Part shown: positions 11,758-21,403 of the stretch, piece by piece | Numbering within the stretch: position 1 is the first letter of the stretch | How the letters are laid out: each line of letters begins with the position of its first letter | Source of the DNA: a virus | Strand: one strand, 5' to 3' | DNA: 64,000 bases | Virus record (IMG/VR): IMGVR_UViG_3300046747_000672 | Location: 32,001-96,000 of that record | Position numbers and translations under genes: made by a program | Notes under the pieces: generated by a model | Told to the model about the DNA's origin: nothing | The model's input: only the letters and a program-made list of their open reading frames with translations | Databases searched by the model: none

Positions 11758-12272
11758 GGCGTCTCCTTCGTCGCCCACATCTTGAACAGGGTGACGACGT
11801 TGTTGAAGGCGTTCGCCCGCCCGTTCTGGAGACCAGCGGCGTCGCGGTAGCCAGCCGAGATCACCCGGCCAAGCTCGTCGCGGTCGACCGCGCCCCAGAA
11901 CAAGTCGGACGCTTCCTTGGTCAGTCCGAGACCGGCGCCGGCCGAGCAGACCGCGGCCCGCATCTGATCGACGATGGCGCCGCTCGGCGCCGAGAACAAC
12001 CATTCCAACTGTGCCTCCCGCGGCGCGCCGTCCGGCTGCTCCAGGTGGCAGTGGTCGCAGAGGAGGAAGAAGTTGTCCGGCTCGTTCGAGCCCCCGTGGC
12101 TTGCGGCGACGACGTGGGCGCGGGACGGCTTGCTACTGCCGACGCAGCGGCAGGCCCAGCAGGTCAGCGCCGCCTCCTCTGGCGCGATGCCGAGCCGCGC
12201 GACGAGGGCAGTATTCGACTCGACGATTGCCGCGTGCGGCGGGCGGGGCATAGGCCCTCGGCGAGAGGTCAT
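11754..12272 (-). CDS. HNH endonuclease-like protein
   Basis: CWAC..RAHVVAASHGGSNEPDNFFLLCDHCH. Confidence 0.8.
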   Translation of the reverse strand: MTSRRGPMPRPPHAAIVESNTALVARLGIAPEEAALTCWACRCVGSSKPSRAHVVAASHGGSNEPDNFFLLCDHCHLEQPDGAPREAQLEWLFSAPSGAIVDQMRAAVCSAGAGLGLTKEASDLFWGAVDRDELGRVISAGYRDAAGLQNGRANAFNNVVTLFKMWATKETP

Positions 12273-12410
12273 CGCCAGACCCTCCGCTCTCGGCAGGTTG
12301 AGCCGCGCCAATTTCCGCGGCACAGCGTCACCCAGACAGGGTATTTTACGGGAAGCATCGCCGCTGCACCGCTACGGTTGGTCCTCGTAGATTCCCGCAC
12401 GCTCGACCTT

Positions 12411-12440
12411 GGCGCCTTCTTCGAGTCCAGGCGCTGGAGC
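12411..12440 (+). other. attP core, matching the 3' end of a tRNA-Asn
   Basis: TTCGAGT (T-loop)-CCAGG (T-stem)-CGCTGGA (acceptor)-G-C at 12420-12440; GCGCCT/AGGCGC inverted flanks; about 50 bp downstream of int. Confidence 0.75.
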
Positions 12441-12492
12441 TGCAAAACAGCTAGATTCGCGACGCAGTCAACCAGAGAGTCAATTTCGTGTT

Positions 12493-13653
12493 TCATGCCG
12501 GCGCCGGCTCCTTCTTGGTGGCGACGCTCGCCAAAGTGAGGACCGGAAGGCACTGGACGGCCTCGCAAAGCGGCCCCCAGTCCCAGTTCGTATACTGGTC
12601 GACGATGTCGCCCTTGGCGTTGTGGGTGATCCGCTCGACGACTTCCTTCCTGGCGCCACCTCGGCGGGCAAGAGAGATGAACGTGTGGCGGGTGGCGTGG
12701 ACCGTGTGGGGCGCGATCTCGACGGCCCTGCACGCCGTCAAGAACCGCTTGTAGGCCATCGACTTCGTGAGACACGCTGCAGCGTCCGGCACGTCGCGGC
12801 GAGGAACGATGAAGTCGTTGGGGCGAGGCTTCCGCAAGTAGAACAACTCCCAGCCTTCTCGATACCACTTGTCGAGGATGTTTTCGAGCGCAGGATGCAC
12901 CGGAGCGCGTCTCGGGCGCTCTGTTTTTAGCGGCTGCCCGTCATACTGACTGTCGATGGTCAGACATTGCAGCGGGAGCGATGCGCGATCGAGATCTCGC
13001 CAGCGCCGCCCGCAGACCTCGCCCTCACGCATCCCGGTAAAAAAGGCGAGCGCTACCCAGACGCGCGCATCCCAATCGACGCGGCTGTCCGACGTGAGAA
13101 TGGCGACTTCGCTTGAGGCGTAAGGCTCTCTCGGCGCCGAGGTCCCACGCCGGAGGGTCCCTGCCGGTAGTTCGCACGGGTCGATGGCGGTCAACTCGTG
13201 AATCCTTGCGTCGCGAAACATCGTGCGAAGAACGCCGACGATGAGCGCGATCGACTTCTCGCTCAATCGCATCCGCTTGCCGTAGCGACCGCTGTACGTC
13301 TCGCGGAGGTCGTCGACGAGTTGGACCGTGTGACGGACTCGGACATCCTCCACCTTGAGCCGCGCATACCATGGTGCTCTCGCGAGCACGTGGTTCTTGA
13401 ACAGGCTCTCCTCGTTCGCCGCCGAACGACCCTTCCGCTTCGGAAACCAAGCTTGCGCATAGGATCCAACGGTCGCGGCGCCGGTCTTCCTGGCGGAGTA
13501 TGTGCCGACGGCGATCTCCTTTTTCATAGCCGCGTCGCGGCGCTCTGCTGCCCGTCGGTCTGTCCCGACACGCTCCCAGAGTTGTTGTTTGCCCCACTTA
13601 TTCGCGATCCAATAGACGGTCGAGCTCTTCAGCTTGCGTGGGACGACGGCCAT
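12493..13653 (-). CDS. int: Tyrosine recombinase (phage integrase)
   Basis: TGMREGE (R), LKTERPR (K), HATRH (HxxR), ITH..DQY (H,Y) catalytic residues. Confidence 0.95.
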   Translation of the reverse strand: MAVVPRKLKSSTVYWIANKWGKQQLWERVGTDRRAAERRDAAMKKEIAVGTYSARKTGAATVGSYAQAWFPKRKGRSAANEESLFKNHVLARAPWYARLKVEDVRVRHTVQLVDDLRETYSGRYGKRMRLSEKSIALIVGVLRTMFRDARIHELTAIDPCELPAGTLRRGTSAPREPYASSEVAILTSDSRVDWDARVWVALAFFTGMREGEVCGRRWRDLDRASLPLQCLTIDSQYDGQPLKTERPRRAPVHPALENILDKWYREGWELFYLRKPRPNDFIVPRRDVPDAAACLTKSMAYKRFLTACRAVEIAPHTVHATRHTFISLARRGGARKEVVERITHNAKGDIVDQYTNWDWGPLCEAVQCLPVLTLASVATKKEPAPA

Positions 13654-13931
13654 TACTTCACCCGCCGCAGACTCTCGCGCAATTCGGACTTGAAGAAGCG
13701 GTACTCTCGCGTCCCGATCTTGTGGTAGGGGATCTTGCCTTCCTTGGCGCGCCTAGCGAGCGTCTTCGGGTGAATACCGACGAAGCCAGCCGCCTGCTTC
13801 AGGTCCATGATCTCGTTGGCGGGCTGCTGGTCGCGCTCCGCCTGCGCTTCGAGTTCTTCGCGGAGGACCTCGCGAATCTTTTCGATCAAGTCCGGGGTCA
13901 TTTCGTCGATCACGCGTCGGCTCGCCATCAT
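13653..13931 (-). CDS. xis: Excisionase-like HTH (HTH_17/MerR-like) protein
   Basis: IMDLKQAAGFVGIHPKTLARRAKEGKIPYHKIGTREYRF; directly upstream of int. Confidence 0.85.
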   Translation of the reverse strand: MMASRRVIDEMTPDLIEKIREVLREELEAQAERDQQPANEIMDLKQAAGFVGIHPKTLARRAKEGKIPYHKIGTREYRFFKSELRESLRRVK

Positions 13932-14356
13932 GTCTCTCCCTTTACATAATCGACAAGCTTCGCCGACTTGCGCCGTCGCGCCGGCTTTAACGTGTTACGA
14001 ATGAACGCCCGAATTTCGGGACCGTAAATGAACCATTCCCCACGTATTCGCAGATGTCGAAAACGGTCGTGCAATTCGAGCTCAAGTTCTTCTCCGCCGC
14101 CTCGAATGAGGAGGACACATTCGATTGGTTGATGGTTCCCGATCTGAAGAAACGACACGCGTTTCGGGAAGTCCGTGGTGCGCCCTATCTTGACCGCCCT
14201 CATCTTCCCTGCGCGAACGAAGTAGACAACGGATTGTTTTGGCTCAGGAGGAGTGTCGTATCTACCTTCCGCTTGCCATTGCGCCGCAATAGCGGCCACC
14301 TCGGCGACACCGACAGACGACTCTTGCGTGAACTTATATCCTTCACCGTCACCCAT
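13928..14356 (-). CDS. GIY-YIG (T5orf172/MUG113-like) nuclease
   Basis: VVYFV..VKIGRTTD..KRV..LQIGN..ELELHDRF..LRIRGEWF; GGAGG RBS. Confidence 0.85.
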   Translation of the reverse strand: MGDGEGYKFTQESSVGVAEVAAIAAQWQAEGRYDTPPEPKQSVVYFVRAGKMRAVKIGRTTDFPKRVSFLQIGNHQPIECVLLIRGGGEELELELHDRFRHLRIRGEWFIYGPEIRAFIRNTLKPARRRKSAKLVDYVKGET

Positions 14357-15320
14357 CACCAGCCTCCACTTCCTTCCCAGCGCGCTCCGAAGTTGCTCAC
14401 AGCCCTCGTCGCCTCCGCTCGACTTCCTTCGTGACGCGCTCCTCGACCGCCTGCGCCGCCGCCCGCTTGAGCCACTCCGTGAGGTGACTGTTCTTGGTCC
14501 ACGCGACCGAAACCGCCTCATCGATGGCGCTCGACAGGCGTCTCCGGATCTCAGCCTGGATCATCGGCACGGCCTCGCGCTTGACGAACGCGACGACGTC
14601 GAACTCGTCGATCGCCTGTTCGACGGCGCCCTTGATGCCTGCAACAAGCTCCGTGGTCTGCGACACGACGGCCGCGACCATCTGCTGCTTCATGTAGTCG
14701 AGCTCGATGCGAATTCTCGGAAAGTCCGGTCTATCCATCGCCCTCTCCTCTGATCTCTCTCCACCCGCGCCACATCATGTAGACGCCCATAACGAACATG
14801 CCGACCGCGAGCCCGACCCCGAAGCCGTCCGAGAATTCGTGCGACATCACGCCCGCCCCAAATTCGCCGCCACCACCACACCCCCGCGCGAAGCCACACC
14901 CCACCACGCGTTGCGCTGGTAGTCGGTCCACCCTCGTGGGCGCAGCGCTCGCAGGCAGACGGGCACCGTGTAGTTCGGCGCCGGCTCCTTCCCCGTCACC
15001 GCGATCCACGTCCACCGTCCAGCCCACCCGCGCGACCAGACGTCGCCCTTGCGGCGCAGCGAGCGAATGCGCGAGACGCGCTTCTTCATGGTGCGGCGTT
15101 TCACTTCGTCCCCTCGGCAGCGACAGCGTCGCGCAGCGCCGCGGCGAGCTGGCAAGTACCATCGTGCTTCGCTTCGCTCACGACGTAATGCCGCACGTCG
15201 CATTCAGCGCACTCGACGTATTGAGCGCCGTCGTCTGCGTGCCGCCCGTGAACCCACTCCCTCGCCATCAGCAACGCGGCGAGGCGCCCCACGAGCTCGA
15301 TGAGGGCGTCCTCGTCGTAG

Positions 15321-16139
15321 TCAGCTAGCACGTTCCGCCTCCTTCGCCCGCCGAACCGGCTCCGGCTTGTTCGGTCCGTACTTGTCAGACAGCGGCATAT
15401 AGATCGCGCGCGCGTCAACGTGCTCGAAATGGTACGAGCCGTCGTCCAGCAGCACCATCGCCGTAAGCCGTCCGCCAGCATAGCAGCCGGTGTCGATGCC
15501 AACGCACGTGGAAGCGTGACCGCTGCCGAATTCGCCTACCTCGTTGCTGTCGACATGCGGTCCGATGAAGCGATGAATGTGGTGCCCATAGACGATGTTC
15601 TCCGGTCCTCGCCACCGCTGCGACCAGAACCACTTGTCCGTGGGGTCTGGCGCGTCCCCATCCTTCGCTGAATACGCCGTGCCATCGTCGTTGATGAACC
15701 GCGTGCGGAGAAGCGCTTGCGAGTCCTTCTGCTCCTCGAAGGTCTTACTCGGCTCGAGTCCTGCGTGGATCGCATACCACCCTTGGCCGATGTCGATCGA
15801 CATGGGCAGGCCGTGCATCCACTCGATGTCGTCGTCCGTCAACGCGAGGTTCTGCGCCGCCTGCACGGCCGTGAAGCGGATTGGATTCTTCTTGCCTCCT
15901 GCTACCTCGCGAAGGTGGTGCCCGCGCCAGCGCACGTGCTTGTCATCGTGGTTCGAGGCCGTGCTTTCAAAGCCAGCCTTGCGGACCATCCGGACGACGC
16001 CGACCGGATCGGGTCCTCTGTCCATGAAGTCGCCGAGCATCACGACGCGATCGGTTGAACCGACGGCGAGGACGGTGAGCAGCTCTTCGAGCTCGACGCG
16101 GCACCCGTGCACGTCGCCGATCACGAGGACGCGGCTCAT
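15321..16139 (-). CDS. Calcineurin-like metallophosphoesterase (ApaH/PrpE-like)
   Basis: GDVHGC, GDFMDRGPD, SNHD, HAG, YGHH, GIDTGCYAGGRLTA. Confidence 0.92.
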   Translation of the reverse strand: MSRVLVIGDVHGCRVELEELLTVLAVGSTDRVVMLGDFMDRGPDPVGVVRMVRKAGFESTASNHDDKHVRWRGHHLREVAGGKKNPIRFTAVQAAQNLALTDDDIEWMHGLPMSIDIGQGWYAIHAGLEPSKTFEEQKDSQALLRTRFINDDGTAYSAKDGDAPDPTDKWFWSQRWRGPENIVYGHHIHRFIGPHVDSNEVGEFGSGHASTCVGIDTGCYAGGRLTAMVLLDDGSYHFEHVDARAIYMPLSDKYGPNKPEPVRRAKEAERAS

Positions 16140-17212
16140 GAAAACGACTCCTCGACGAGCTCTCGGCACAAGGCGTCGAGTGCCGGGCGATCGGTCGAGT
16201 GACGCAGCGTCGACGTCTTGTAAAGCTCGCCAAGTTCCGCGTCCTGACGCGCGGCCCACTCGGTCAACTCTTCGTACGACCACGCACCGTTGCGAATCGC
16301 GAGGAGTTCGTCCCGATCGGGACGCTTCACGATCACGCGCCAGCTCTCCAAAATCTCGCGACACATTCGCATGAGCCGCACCAGGTGCATGGCGTGCTTG
16401 GTGTCAAAGCCCCACTTCGACTCAAGTGCGGCACGCGCTTCGTTCCTGGTTGCCTTCCAGTTCTGATACTGCTCCCACTCGACTTTGCGCGCCTTGTACT
16501 GGCGCTCCAGATCAAGCAATCGGAGGAAGTTCTCCTCGTAACCAATCGAGCGCGCGGCGGCGGCGTACTGCGCATCGGCCGTAACCCCGATTTCGCCGAG
16601 CATCTCCGCCATGAGGTTCTGAAGACGGATCCGGTCCGCTGGCTCGACTCCTGACATGTCGTCCAGGTGCCACTCGCCGAGTCTCTTCTCGATCGCCGCG
16701 TGCGCCGCCTGAAGCTGGTCCGCAGGGATGACTGTTCGCTCGGGCAGACCCAGATCGGTCCGTGTCGGCGGCGATTGAGGTGGCGTCTTCAGCCACCTGT
16801 AATGGGTCGCGATCCGCTTGAGTTGCGCGTGCGCGTATCCCGAAAATGTGAAGCGCGCCTTTTTCGAAAGAAACAGCTCTCGCGCCTCGAGTAGCCGAAG
16901 CCCAGCTGGCGTCACCATTCTCCGGTCCGCCTCGTCGCCCCACAAAACTTCGATAATGTTTGGATTGCACTCCGAGGCGAGCGCGAAGAACTTCCGGATG
17001 TCGTAGACGACCATGTCCGGGTCCTTCGACTCCGCTTGTTCGAAGCGCTTGTCGAACCCATGGAAGTACTCACGCGGCGGGATGGCAATCCCTTTGATGT
17101 CGATGTCGCTCGTTGGCGTGTTGAGTCCGTACGCCGTTGAGCCGTGCGTGACGCAGAGAATCGTCCGCTCGCGAAGCCACGTGAGATTACCTCGGTAAGG
17201 TAGCGGTTCCAT
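16136..17212 (-). CDS. Pol-beta-superfamily nucleotidyltransferase (YcgL/RlaP-like)
   Basis: HGSTAYGLNTPTSDIDIKG, KFF.LA..CNPNIIEVLW, FSGYA.AQ, KHAMHLVRL. Confidence 0.88.
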   Translation of the reverse strand: MEPLPYRGNLTWLRERTILCVTHGSTAYGLNTPTSDIDIKGIAIPPREYFHGFDKRFEQAESKDPDMVVYDIRKFFALASECNPNIIEVLWGDEADRRMVTPAGLRLLEARELFLSKKARFTFSGYAHAQLKRIATHYRWLKTPPQSPPTRTDLGLPERTVIPADQLQAAHAAIEKRLGEWHLDDMSGVEPADRIRLQNLMAEMLGEIGVTADAQYAAAARSIGYEENFLRLLDLERQYKARKVEWEQYQNWKATRNEARAALESKWGFDTKHAMHLVRLMRMCREILESWRVIVKRPDRDELLAIRNGAWSYEELTEWAARQDAELGELYKTSTLRHSTDRPALDALCRELVEESFS

Positions 17213-17214
17213 CG

Positions 17215-18965
17215 TCACCTCTCCCACCCCTTCGCCCCGATCAGCCTCCGCACGTCGGCGGCCATCGACTCGCGCCCGGCTTCGTAGGCGGCGTTGAGAA
17301 GCGACGCGACGCGATCTGCGTCAATCCTGGCGACGTTGTCGCCGTCGTTCACGGACAGCGTTGCCGCTTCATTGAGCGGCTGCATGAAGTACAACGGCGG
17401 CGAGATCCTGGCCATCCCTGGCCCATGGAACTCGTGCGCGACGCCGAGCGCCGTCGTGGTCTCGGTGACGGAGTAGGGGAGCTTGGGGGCGGTCATCGAT
17501 TGAGAGCCTTTCGGAGCATCTCAACGCTTCCGCCGTTCGAGTTCGGATGGAACCGGAGCGCGACGCCTGCTGCGTACTCCAGTTCGGCGACGCGCGACTT
17601 AAGCGCGCGCGCCAGCTCACGAAGCTCCTCGTACTGCCCGACGTCGATCGTAGCCCGCCCCATCGACGACACTTCGCTCAGCAACCACAACTCTCGGTCG
17701 TTCATCGTCACTCCTCCGTCGTGCAAAGCCAGCCGCGCCCGCATCGCTTCACCCACTCGATGGCGGTGAGCTCGACGTCAGAACTGTCGTCGTCATCCAT
17801 GGTCGGTAGTCCCGTCTCGTTGTTGCACCAGATGGTCAGCTTCTCTTCGTCGTGGATGGCGAGCCAGTATTCCTCATCCTCACCCGCACCCGCCCCGGCG
17901 TTCGGGAAGCCCAGGGACTCCGCCCACGCGTTCCACGCGTCCTCCTTGCTTTCGGCGATGACCCACTCGCAGCGGTCGGGCGAGACATAGAGCTTCAGTG
18001 CGCCCACCTCACCCACGCGCCACCTCCAGTCCCAGGTCGATCTTCACAGCGCACGCCGCCGAGCACGCGAAGTGCGTCGCCTGGCGCCCTTGCGGCAACA
18101 GGTCGCGCCGCATCAGCCACCCGGGCGGCAGGCAGTCGACGGGCTCGCCGAGGTCGCTCGCGCTCACGCTGCCTTTCGCGACGGCGCAGCAGGACGCGCA
18201 CGTGAACGTCGTGGGGCGGAGCCAGTGGCGGAGGTCAGGCATCGGCGGCATCGTTCTCTCGTTCCTCTTCCGCGACCTCTTCGGCCCACTTCTCAACGTC
18301 AACTAGTGCCCGTTCGACGGCAGTCCCGAGAGTCGCGCCTTCCCATTCGTAACAGCGCGACGGTACGATGACGTAGCACCACAACTTCAGCTTGACCCAG
18401 TCGTCGCCCTTGGATGTCTCGAAGTGGTTCGGCAAGTGAATCTCCCACGTTCCCTCGTAGGTCTTGCAATGCGGCTCGAAACGAAGCTTGCGCGCAATGG
18501 CGGAGAACGTCGCCTGCCTCAACGCTTGGAAGGCGGCGATCTCGTCGCCGGAGAATAGCGGCTTGATGGGCTGGTTCACGGCGCCGTCCCCGCACAACGG
18601 TGGTCCCACATGGGAACCATCTTCGATGCGAAGTCCCAGATCGCGACCAGCATCTTGCCGAAGTTCTCGCCGTCGCCACGCCCGCACATGTGGAGGCTTT
18701 CTTCCTCTGCCATCCTGAACTCGAGGCAGCCGTCCCATTTCACGTACCCGCTCGCGAACCGTCCCGCCTCCTCGATGCGCTCGACCATGTCGAGCGACTC
18801 TCCGCCGCGTCGCCGGTAGAACCGTTGCGAGCGGTCGAGCGACCAGCCGATGATTTCGTAGACCTCGAAGTCGGCGCCGTGCTCCGAGCAACCTCCGAAT
18901 GGCGTCAGGCGGATCGCGAAGTTGATCGCGTCCATGTTGTGGGTGGTCCACTGGCGGTCGATCAT
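17215..18965 (-). CDS. Six small hypothetical ORFs (17215-17496, 17493-17704, 17708-18016, 18009-18252, 18235-18579, 18576-18965)
   Basis: Coupled minus-strand ORFs with RBSs. Confidence 0.55.
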
Positions 18966-19618
18966 GGCCTGATCCTCCGAAACTCGACGACCCACACCCG
19001 CGGGTTCGTCGTCCAGTTTGCGCGATCGCGGTTGATCGAATCCCACAGACACGCGAATGCGCCGCGGTGCGTGCCGCTAAGTTCTCTTGAGAGTTTGCCT
19101 GCGCCATCGAAAACGATGGCCGCATCGGTCCATCTCGCCCCTTCCGCCTGCGCATCCTTCTCGGTGATGTCCTGCAACCGCTCAACTCGAACTCCCGCTA
19201 CCTCCAGTGTGATTCGCGACGCCCACTTGGGCATGTAGAGCGGCGTCACCCAGCCGGCGCTGGCCGCTTTCGGTATCTTCCAATTGTTCGTGACATCGTA
19301 TTCAGAAAAGAAGGAGCACGAGTTGTCTGCGGCGTATTCCACATTGACGTCGGCGCAATCGCATGCATCGGAACCGTGACCATGGGCGATGCTCGGGCGC
19401 CAGGTTTCCTTCACCCAGAGTTTGTCGCCTGACAGGCCGTACCGGTTCCGAATGCGTCGAGTGCCAGTCGACTCATTGGAGTTCGACGCCAGAACGTCGT
19501 CGAACTCCACATCGCGAGCGAGCGGGACAATGCGACGTGTCTGTGTTTTTGCGCCGGACAGGATCGCCAGGACCATGGGCGCAGAGAACAGGATGGGGCG
19601 ATCGGCGGTAGCGCTCAC
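18962..19618 (-). CDS. ASCH/PUA-like phage protein
   Basis: RPILFSAPMVLAILSGAKTQTRR, GDKLWVKETW, MPKWASRITLEV..VRVERLQDI. Confidence 0.8.
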   Translation of the reverse strand: MSATADRPILFSAPMVLAILSGAKTQTRRIVPLARDVEFDDVLASNSNESTGTRRIRNRYGLSGDKLWVKETWRPSIAHGHGSDACDCADVNVEYAADNSCSFFSEYDVTNNWKIPKAASAGWVTPLYMPKWASRITLEVAGVRVERLQDITEKDAQAEGARWTDAAIVFDGAGKLSRELSGTHRGAFACLWDSINRDRANWTTNPRVWVVEFRRIRP

Positions 19619-19705
19619 GGGCCAGCCTCTTCCTGGCAATCGAGGCAGTAGGCGTCCCAATCGGTGCTCACGATTCTCTCCTTCTCCGCTGTACTCGGGA
19701 GGCCA

Positions 19706-21328
19706 TCAGTCCCACCGATCGATCCTGTATTCCAGCCGGACGCCGTTGCCGTCGGTGACTCGCACGTGAACGACATCGTTCGAGCCCTTCTGAAGCATCA
19801 GCCCGCACGCCGACGCGTCATCCTCGCCAGCGATCCGGGCGCCTCGCGAGTACGCTTCGATCGTGGCACGAATGCCGTGAAATTCAGCTCGCATGATCTC
19901 CGGGAACAGTCCAGCTCCAGCCGTCTTCGCACGCGAGTCCTTGGCCCCGTCGATGACGATGACGGCGCCCTCTCCTTGGTGCGTGAACGTGCCTCCAAAC
20001 CACGATGGCGGGCGAAGCGTGATGGCCGTAACTGGCGACCACACGTTGGCGACGAGGCCCCACGAGGCTGCTATCGATCCGCCATTGTAGAGGTACCAGG
20101 AGAACGGGTTTCGTTTCTCCGACGAGTCCCATTGCAGAATGGGCGGCGCCTCCGAATTTGCCGCGGTCACGATCGCGGTGAAATTGCCGGCGTGCGGGAC
20201 GAGGACAGCGATCGTCTTCGCGCCAGCGAGAACCGTCCGCCGAAACTTCTCCCACGTGATCGCTTGCGACGGCACCGCCATCAGCGGCAGCGTCGTGCCT
20301 TCCTTCGGTTTGAGGTGCGAAAAGACGCCGCCTGCCTTGGGCGTCTCAGGAACTGCCGGCCTCCACAGCGCGTCGACCTCTCCGAGCCGCGCGAATCTGC
20401 GCTCAAGCGATCCGGCTGCTTTCAGTTTCTCGATGACCTTTTCTGCCTGCGCGATGTTGCCAGCCGAAGGCGCAGCTTGCGGACGCTGGTACTGGAGCGG
20501 ATGCATCTTGTCCTTGAACCGGCGCGCCACCTCCTCGAACGGCATTCCGGCGGCGATGTCTTCGAGCAGCGTTCCGATCATCGAACTCCGTGGATGGCAG
20601 AATCCAGCAGGCGCTGATGCGATGGCGCGCCACACGATGTTTGCGCGGCGTCCCTTGTGCGTAGCGATCGCGGTGTGCAGGTCAGCCAACCACTTTGCCG
20701 GACCAAGCACCTTCTCACTTCGGTACAGCGCGTCGCTGTTCAGCAGCGAAAGCGCCTGCGCAAGGACAGGCGGCGCAAACTCTTCGAGAGCGCGCTGAAC
20801 ATTTTTGAAGTCCTCCAGCTTCTCCGCCATAGCCTGACCGGCGGTCTGAACGAGGTTCCGGAAGACGTGGTCGGGCGTCGGGCTGACGCTTAGGTGAACC
20901 CAGTCGCCTTTGCGCGATGGCGTGAAATGCTGCCCCAACGTCGGTTCAGACGATAGGAACACGCCAGTTACGATGGCCCGGCGCAGTCTGGCGGTTATCG
21001 CTTCAACCGCCGAAGCGTGGTCGTTGTCAGCGTCGGACATATGCCACGCCGCTGGCGCAGTCGTGCCATTCTCGCCGATCGTCACGAGCCCGCCAACCCG
21101 CTCGACGAAGCGACGACATGCGTTGCAGTTGTGGTACTGGCGCGACGTCGCTGGGAAGCTCCCCAGATATACGTCCCACAAGTCCGGCGTGTCCGTCGTG
21201 AAGACATGTGCCTTTGAAGTGTTGGCAGCGAAGCGCGCGTCGACGCGCTTCAAGAAGTCTGCGTAGCTTGCGTCGGCAGCGTTGCCGGTTTGCGGCGGAG
21301 CGTCGTTGGTTACTGTGATCACTTGCAT
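19706..21328 (-). CDS. Large (540 aa) hypothetical phage protein
   Basis: Long ORF with its own GGAG RBS and promoter-like upstream sequence; HNCNACRRF motif, YQRP, ILQWD. Confidence 0.85.
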   Translation of the reverse strand: MQVITVTNDAPPQTGNAADASYADFLKRVDARFAANTSKAHVFTTDTPDLWDVYLGSFPATSRQYHNCNACRRFVERVGGLVTIGENGTTAPAAWHMSDADNDHASAVEAITARLRRAIVTGVFLSSEPTLGQHFTPSRKGDWVHLSVSPTPDHVFRNLVQTAGQAMAEKLEDFKNVQRALEEFAPPVLAQALSLLNSDALYRSEKVLGPAKWLADLHTAIATHKGRRANIVWRAIASAPAGFCHPRSSMIGTLLEDIAAGMPFEEVARRFKDKMHPLQYQRPQAAPSAGNIAQAEKVIEKLKAAGSLERRFARLGEVDALWRPAVPETPKAGGVFSHLKPKEGTTLPLMAVPSQAITWEKFRRTVLAGAKTIAVLVPHAGNFTAIVTAANSEAPPILQWDSSEKRNPFSWYLYNGGSIAASWGLVANVWSPVTAITLRPPSWFGGTFTHQGEGAVIVIDGAKDSRAKTAGAGLFPEIMRAEFHGIRATIEAYSRGARIAGEDDASACGLMLQKGSNDVVHVRVTDGNGVRLEYRIDRWD

Positions 21329-21403
21329 GAGAGTCTCCATGGCAATCGAAGTAGCAAAAAGCACGGCTGGCGCCATCGCCAGGGGCGGCGTGTCGGGACC
21401 AGG

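Noticed and set aside
12380-12445. Complete tRNA gene
   Set aside because: Only the 3' 21 nt are tRNA-like, with no D or anticodon arm; interpreted as attP
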